Shown piece after piece: positions 27,167 to 32,000 of a stretch of DNA of 32,000 nt (position 1 is the stretch's first letter; every line of letters begins with the position of its first letter). Where the stretch lies: assembly GCF_000299365.1 (NCBI RefSeq), contig NC_018655.1, positions 1,380,001 through 1,412,000 of the forward strand, in the 5' to 3' direction. The notes beneath the pieces were generated by a model that saw only the letters and a list, made by a program, of their open reading frames with translations, did not search any database and was not told the DNA's origin. The DNA comes from Candidatus Nitrosopumilus koreensis AR1. Lineage in GTDB: Archaea; Thermoproteota; Nitrososphaeria; Nitrososphaerales; Nitrosopumilaceae. The position numbers and the translations under genes are program-made.

Positions 27167-28499
27167 TTATGCTTTGATCTGTTTGCCGAGGAGGCTTTTG
27201 TACAATGTTATAGCGTCGCCTTCATCTTTTGGTCCAACTACTACCGCAGATCCTTTCTTCATAAAGCTTACAGACAAATCATTAGTTCTCATCGATAACC
27301 CCAAGTCTCCTTGATTGTCTACAATGAATCCTTTTTCTTTTGCAATGTTGGTTACTTGTTCTACATTAAGATCAAATGTATCAGTTGGCGTAATGGAATA
27401 GGTTCTCTTTCCTCTATTTCTTCCACATAACTCTTCTAAAATGAATTCCTCTTTTTGTGTGACTTCAAGTTTTCCTGTTCCACAAATTGGGCATTCATCA
27501 GCTCTAAATGTTCTTGTGAAATTAAAATCAAGATTTTCTAAATCAACATGTAAAATTCTTTCAGAGAGATTTGGTTTTTTTCCAAGAATTATTTTTACAG
27601 CTTCTGCAACTTCAATTGCACCGATAATAGAAAGTATAGGAGGATGAACACCTTCAATACTACATGTTGGCATTGTATCTTCGTTTAATTCTGGAAACAT
27701 GCAAAAATAACATGCAGATTTTTTTGGCAAGATGGTAAAAGCTTGTCCAGATGTTCCAACTGCAGCACCTGTAACAAATGGAATGTTATATTTCACACAA
27801 GCTTTGTTTAATGCATATCTTGCATTAACACTATCAAGCGCGTCAATTACAACATCACATCCTTCAACAACTTCTAATGCAGTATAATCATTTATTGAAA
27901 TAGCTAGTGCTTCAATTTTACATTCAGGATTTAATTTTTGTAGTTTTTTTTGCAGCAACTTCTACTTTGACTTGTCCAACGTCATCTTCATCAAACATCA
28001 TTTGTCTATGCAAGTTTGATAATTCAATTACATCTCTATCAATAATTCGTAAATTTCCAACTCCCATTGTAGCTAATCTAGAAATTATTGGATGCCCTAG
28101 ACCTCCAGTTCCAACAACACATACTTTAGCATTTTTTAGTTTTAGTTGTCCACCATATCCAATTTCTTCAAGCATTACTTGTCTCGAAAATTTGTCAAGT
28201 TCTTTTGAGGATAGTTCTTCAGAGCCTCCAGCAACTGCAGGCAAAATGTAAACCTCATCACCATCTTTTAGAGGAGTTTCCATTCCAGAAGAAAATTTAG
28301 CATTCTTACCATTAATGTAGATATTAATCAAAGAACGAGGAGCCCCATTGCCTTCTAAAACTCGTCTCTTAAAATCATCACCCATCAGTTCAGAGATTTT
28401 GGCAAATGCGTCTTGCAATGAATTTGCAGACACTTCAGTTTTCTTTTCCCCCCCACCTTGATTTAGAACGGAGGGAATTGTAAATGTGATATTTGCCAT
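27167..28499 (-). CDS. MoaD/ThiS-like domain fused to MoeB/ThiF E1-like enzyme, disrupted by a one-base shift at an A8 run
   Basis: The N-terminal ORF 27924..28499 has ...VYILPAVAGG-SEELSSKELDKFSRQVMLEEIG...GTGGLG...HRQMMFDEDDVGQVKVEVAAKK. The C-terminal ORF 27167..27958 continues exactly (LQKLNPECKIEALAISI...GCDVVIDALDSVNARY...CYFCMFP...CPICGTGK). Removing one A restores AAKKLQKLNPE. Confidence 0.88.
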
Positions 28500-29713
28500 T
28501 AGTTTACTACCGCCGAAATTTCTGAGATATCTGCTTTGAGTACTTTTGGTTTTTGTAGTACTTCCATAATAGATTCAGTTGCTTTAAGACCATTTCCAGT
28601 TACATAACATACAACCTTATCATTTTTGTCAATCTTACCTTGTTCTACCATTTTTTGCAATACAGAAACAGAAACTCCTCCAGCAGGTTCTGTAAATATT
28701 CCTTCAGTTTTGGCCAAGAGAAGTATTGCATCTAGAATTTCTTTGTTGTTACATTCTTCAGCAAACCCATTGTATTGTTCTAATCTTTTTAACACATATC
28801 GTCCATCTCCAGGATCACCTATTGCCAAACTTTTTGCAATAGTATCAGGATTCTCAACTGGGATTACATCTTTAGATTTTTTCTTGAATGCATCAACAAC
28901 AGGTGCACAACCATGTGGTTGTGCTGCAATCATGTGCATGTTAGATACATCACCAAGTAATGAGACATTTTGTAATTCTTCAAAGCCTTTACAAATTGCA
29001 TTAAGCATTGCACCACTACCAACTGGAACAATTAGTTGATCAGGTACACTCCATTCAAGTTGTTCTGCAACTTCATATGCCAAAGTTTTAGAGCCTTCTA
29101 CATAATGTGAACGCATGTTAATATTTACAATCCCAATTCCCTTAGAGTCACCAATTTGTGCTGCAATTCTGTTTGCATCATCATATGTTCCATCAACTGC
29201 AACATAGTTTGCACCATAAGACAAGGCTTGTGCAATCTTTGCCATTTCAATATTGCTTGGTGCAAATACATGACACGGAAAACCACCTTTTGCTGCATGA
29301 GCTGCAGTGGCTGATGCTAAATTGCCAGTTGATGCACAGCCAACTGCAGACAATCCAAATTCTTTTGCTTTTGATATTGCGACACCTGCAGGTCTATCTT
29401 TGAATGAAAATGTAGGATTTACAGAATCATTTTTTATGTATAGATTATTGAGTCCAAGTTTTTTACCCAAGTTTTCTGCTTTTGTTAATGGAGTCATTCC
29501 AGCATCAATACTAACAATGTTTGATTTTGATTCTATTGGAAGTAATTCGAAATATCTCCAATACGTATGTTCACGATTAGAAAAGGTATCTTTGGTAACA
29601 GTTGGAAAATCATATTTCACATCTAAGGGGCCAAAACAATCATCACAAATATACTTGAAAGCAGTATCATACTGTTTTTTGCATTCTCTGCATTGTAGTG
29701 ATGTTCTAGCCAA
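28499..29713 (-). CDS. thrC: Threonine synthase
   Basis: Zinc-ribbon-like QCRECKKQYDTAFKYICDDC, NDSVNPTFSFKDRP (PLP lysine), ASTGNLASATAAHAAKGG, LPVGSGAMLNA-type segment. TTG start preceded by AGGAGG. Confidence 0.9.
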   Translation of the reverse strand: MARTSLQCRECKKQYDTAFKYICDDCFGPLDVKYDFPTVTKDTFSNREHTYWRYFELLPIESKSNIVSIDAGMTPLTKAENLGKKLGLNNLYIKNDSVNPTFSFKDRPAGVAISKAKEFGLSAVGCASTGNLASATAAHAAKGGFPCHVFAPSNIEMAKIAQALSYGANYVAVDGTYDDANRIAAQIGDSKGIGIVNINMRSHYVEGSKTLAYEVAEQLEWSVPDQLIVPVGSGAMLNAICKGFEELQNVSLLGDVSNMHMIAAQPHGCAPVVDAFKKKSKDVIPVENPDTIAKSLAIGDPGDGRYVLKRLEQYNGFAEECNNKEILDAILLLAKTEGIFTEPAGGVSVSVLQKMVEQGKIDKNDKVVCYVTGNGLKATESIMEVLQKPKVLKADISEISAVVN

Positions 29714-29760
29714 GATCAGTTTTTCCTCCTAAATCATACATAAAAAATCCTAATATCAAA

Positions 29761-29775
29761 TTAAGTAATACTTAA
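29761..29775. promoter_or_regulatory. Perfect AT-rich palindrome TTAAGTA-A-TACTTAA upstream of thrC
   Basis: 7-bp arms with a 1-bp centre, about 50 nt upstream of the thrC start. Confidence 0.4.
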
Positions 29776-29929
29776 TTTTAGTGTATAAAAAATATAGTAA
29801 AAAACTATCAAAAATACCTAGAAAATAGATGTCAAAAATGAAACCATATGTATTTTCTACAAAAAACTAGATTTTAATAGATTTTATACAATAAGGAAGG
29901 TTTTTAGTGATTTTTTATTAATCTGTTTT

Positions 29930-30502
29930 ATGAATGGCAAAGTCATAATTCCCATCATTGCTGTAGTAATTGCAATAGTTGCAATGATTGCAATTAATTT
30001 TGAACAACCAGAAACCATGGAGGTTGAGGATACGGTAAATAAGGAATTGGATCCAATTGAAGAAACAATACCAGAAATTCAAGAAAAATTAGAAGACATT
30101 GAAAAAATAAATCTTGAAAACGAATACACACCAAAAGAGAGAGAGTGGATTACTTCAGGACCATTTCAAATTGATCGAACTGAATATGTGTTGGGAGAGA
30201 AAATTTTTCTCAGAATTGGCGGATTAGATTATGAAGAAAAAGGTCAAGTTGTATTTTTAAAACCAAAAAACAGTACACATTACGAAGTTTATTTATCAAT
30301 TCCATTTGACGGGGCAGAAAAACCAGCATTCAATTATTATTTACAACCACAGCTTTCAAAATCAAGTGGATATTGTTCTGTGGATGAATTTGTAGGAGAA
30401 TGGAGAGTTGTTTTTAGAGGGACCGATTACCCTAATTTAGAATTTAAAATCATAAATAAGATACTTCCAGGAGATGAAGAGAGTTATCAACCTGTTTGCT
30501 AA
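29930..30502 (+). CDS. Hypothetical membrane-anchored extracytoplasmic protein
   Basis: MNGKVIIPIIAVVIAIVAMIAINF TM/signal anchor followed by an acidic linker and a globular domain; complete 190-aa ORF. Confidence 0.65.
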   Translation: MNGKVIIPIIAVVIAIVAMIAINFEQPETMEVEDTVNKELDPIEETIPEIQEKLEDIEKINLENEYTPKEREWITSGPFQIDRTEYVLGEKIFLRIGGLDYEEKGQVVFLKPKNSTHYEVYLSIPFDGAEKPAFNYYLQPQLSKSSGYCSVDEFVGEWRVVFRGTDYPNLEFKIINKILPGDEESYQPVC

Positions 30503-30503
30503 T

Positions 30504-30839
30504 TTATTTTTCAAGTGAGTTATGAAAACATACTCTCTCTCCAGTGTGACATGCAGGTCCCGATGGTTCAACAAGATAAATAATGGCATCAGAATCACAA
30601 TCGACAAGAATTTCTTTGACTTTTTGAGTATTACCAGATTCTTCACCTTTCATCCAAAGTTTGTTTCTAGAACGACTGAAAAACCAAGAGTTACCAGTTT
30701 TCTTTGTTAGTTCCAATGATTCCTTGTTTGAATATGCAAGAGTAAGTACATCTTTGGTGTTTGCATCTTGAACAATAATTGGAATCAGCCCTCCACTTTT
30801 TTCAAAATCAATTTCTTCAATTGTTTTATCCATAGACAC
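30504..30839 (-). CDS. hisI: Phosphoribosyl-AMP cyclohydrolase
   Basis: GLIPIIVQDANTKDVLTLAYSNKESL, TGNSWFFSRSRNKLWMKGEESGN, DCDSDAIIYLVEPSGPACHTGERVCF. Confidence 0.95.
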   Translation of the reverse strand: MSMDKTIEEIDFEKSGGLIPIIVQDANTKDVLTLAYSNKESLELTKKTGNSWFFSRSRNKLWMKGEESGNTQKVKEILVDCDSDAIIYLVEPSGPACHTGERVCFHNSLEK

Positions 30840-30855
30840 TCATGACAGGATTTCT

Positions 30856-31656
30856 TTATAATCGTACAGAGATGTTTTTCTCTCTAAGAATTTCTTTGAC
30901 TCTATTTACCGATTGGTCTTCATAGTGAAAAATTGAGGCAGCTAAAGCAGCATCAACATTAGATTTTTCAAATATTTCATACATGTCTTCTGGTTTTCCA
31001 CATCCTCCAGATGCAATAACTGGTACAGAAACAGTATCAACTATTTTTTTTGTAAGCAAAACATCATATCCATCTTTTGTTCCATCTTTATCTATACTAG
31101 TTAGAAGTACTTCTCCAGCACCAAGTTCTGTTGCTTTTTTTGCCCATTGAATGGCATCAAGTCCAGTTTCCCGTTTACCACCATAAATGAAAACCTCAAA
31201 CCAAAACTTTTTTCCATTTTCTTCAAACATTGTTTTAGTAGAATCCTCAGAATAATTTCGTTTTGCATCTATAGCTATCACAACACATTGTTTTCCAAAT
31301 ACAGTCATAAGTTCAGTTAACAGTGTAGGGTTTTTTACAGCACCTGTATTCACTCCAACTTTGTCTGCACCACTAAGCAAAATATTTCTTGCATCATCCA
31401 TACTGTTTACCCCACCACCCACAGTAAATGGAATATCAATGACTTTAGCAACACTAGCTACCAGTTCTTTGATTGTTTTTCTTTTTTCTTGAGATGCAGT
31501 GATATCTAAAAAAACAAGTTCGTCTGCTCCATCTTTACTATATTTGGCAGCAAGCTCAACTGGATCTCCTGCATCCTTTATTGATTCAAAGTTTAATCCT
31601 TTGACTACTCGTCCATTATCTACATCCAGACATGGAATGATTCGTTTAGTCAACAA
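30856..31656 (-). CDS. hisF: Imidazole glycerol phosphate synthase subunit HisF
   Basis: [78 protein letters not shown]. The ORF track begins at 31692; TTG at 31656 or 31653 fits the family N-terminus better and reduces overlap with hisA. Confidence 0.93.
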   Translation of the reverse strand: MLTKRIIPCLDVDNGRVVKGLNFESIKDAGDPVELAAKYSKDGADELVFLDITASQEKRKTIKELVASVAKVIDIPFTVGGGVNSMDDARNILLSGADKVGVNTGAVKNPTLLTELMTVFGKQCVVIAIDAKRNYSEDSTKTMFEENGKKFWFEVFIYGGKRETGLDAIQWAKKATELGAGEVLLTSIDKDGTKDGYDVLLTKKIVDTVSVPVIASGGCGKPEDMYEIFEKSNVDAALAASIFHYEDQSVNRVKEILREKNISVRL

Positions 31657-32000
31657 GTTGTTTTGCCTCCTCAATTGATATCTTGTTTTCATATAGTGCT
31701 TTACCCAAAATTACTGCAAATGCATTTTTTGTTTGTACATTTGATACATCATCAATATTTGATATCCCACCACTTGCAATTACATTTGTATTTTGTATAG
31801 CACATGCTTTTTCTAAAAATTCCAAGTCAGGGCCTTCCATTGTTCCATCCTTGCTTACATTTGTGAGTAAAAATTCGGTAAATCCCATGTTTACAAATTC
31901 ATGTATTGCATCAATCAAAGGTGTTTTTGTACTCTCTTTCCATCCATGTGTAACAATAAATCCATCTACATGATCAACTGAGATTACAATTTTTGAAAAT
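31646..32000 (-). CDS. hisA: Phosphoribosylformimino-5-aminoimidazole carboxamide ribotide isomerase, partial at right edge
   Basis: Reading through the right edge gives [64 protein letters not shown]...[12 protein letters not shown], HisA-like. The gene is open at base 32000. Confidence 0.88.
   Translation of the reverse strand, partial: FSKIVISVDHVDGFIVTHGWKESTKTPLIDAIHEFVNMGFTEFLLTNVSKDGTMEGPDLEFLEKACAIQNTNVIASGGISNIDDVSNVQTKNAFAVILGKALYENKISIEEAKQLVD

Noticed and set aside
27924-28499. Treating 27924..28499 and 27167..27958 as two independent genes
   Set aside because: Neither half is a complete E1 domain; the sequences join perfectly with a single-base correction in the A8 run.
28626-29732. 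Plus-strand ORFs opposite thrC (137, 81 and 141 aa)
   Set aside because: Antisense shadows of a conserved enzyme gene, with no recognisable motifs.
30437-30646. Minus-strand 69-aa ORF overlapping the end of the hypothetical gene and hisI
   Set aside because: Overlaps hisI on the same strand in a different frame with no supporting motif.

Overview
Chromosomal window with Nitrosopumilales-type (ammonia-oxidising thaumarchaeal) character. That lineage call is inferred from gene content, AT bias and leaderless TATA architecture; no database search was run. Left to right it holds:
- a tandem pair of secreted, Cys-rich TSP3-like repeat proteins, the first cut by the left edge
- taw1-like radical SAM enzyme
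- RdgB/HAM1, Bud32, a PH/GRAM-like small protein, Kae1, and a YchF-type GTPase
- Fap7/AK6-like kinase, TgtA, and a ferredoxin
- beta-CASP (aCPSF2/RNase J-like) nuclease, OGG-like glycosylase, and tRNA-Arg(UCU)
- a Rieske / cytochrome b / plastocyanin-like module
- a cell-surface block: giant subtilase, C-terminally anchored coiled-coil protein, and S-layer-like protein
- a MoaD-MoeB fusion, split by a one-base homopolymer shift, translationally coupled to threonine synthase
- hisA (cut by the right edge), hisF and hisI.

The most interesting points are the 20-repeat Cys-rich TSP3-like tandem paralogues, the S-layer/anchor/subtilase block with a TPPII-like Asp-His insertion, the MoaD~MoeB fusion coupled to thrC with an A8 frameshift, and a perfect 17-bp palindrome plus a small ORF upstream of the ferredoxin gene. 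No CRISPR, transposon or clearly novel defence system was found.
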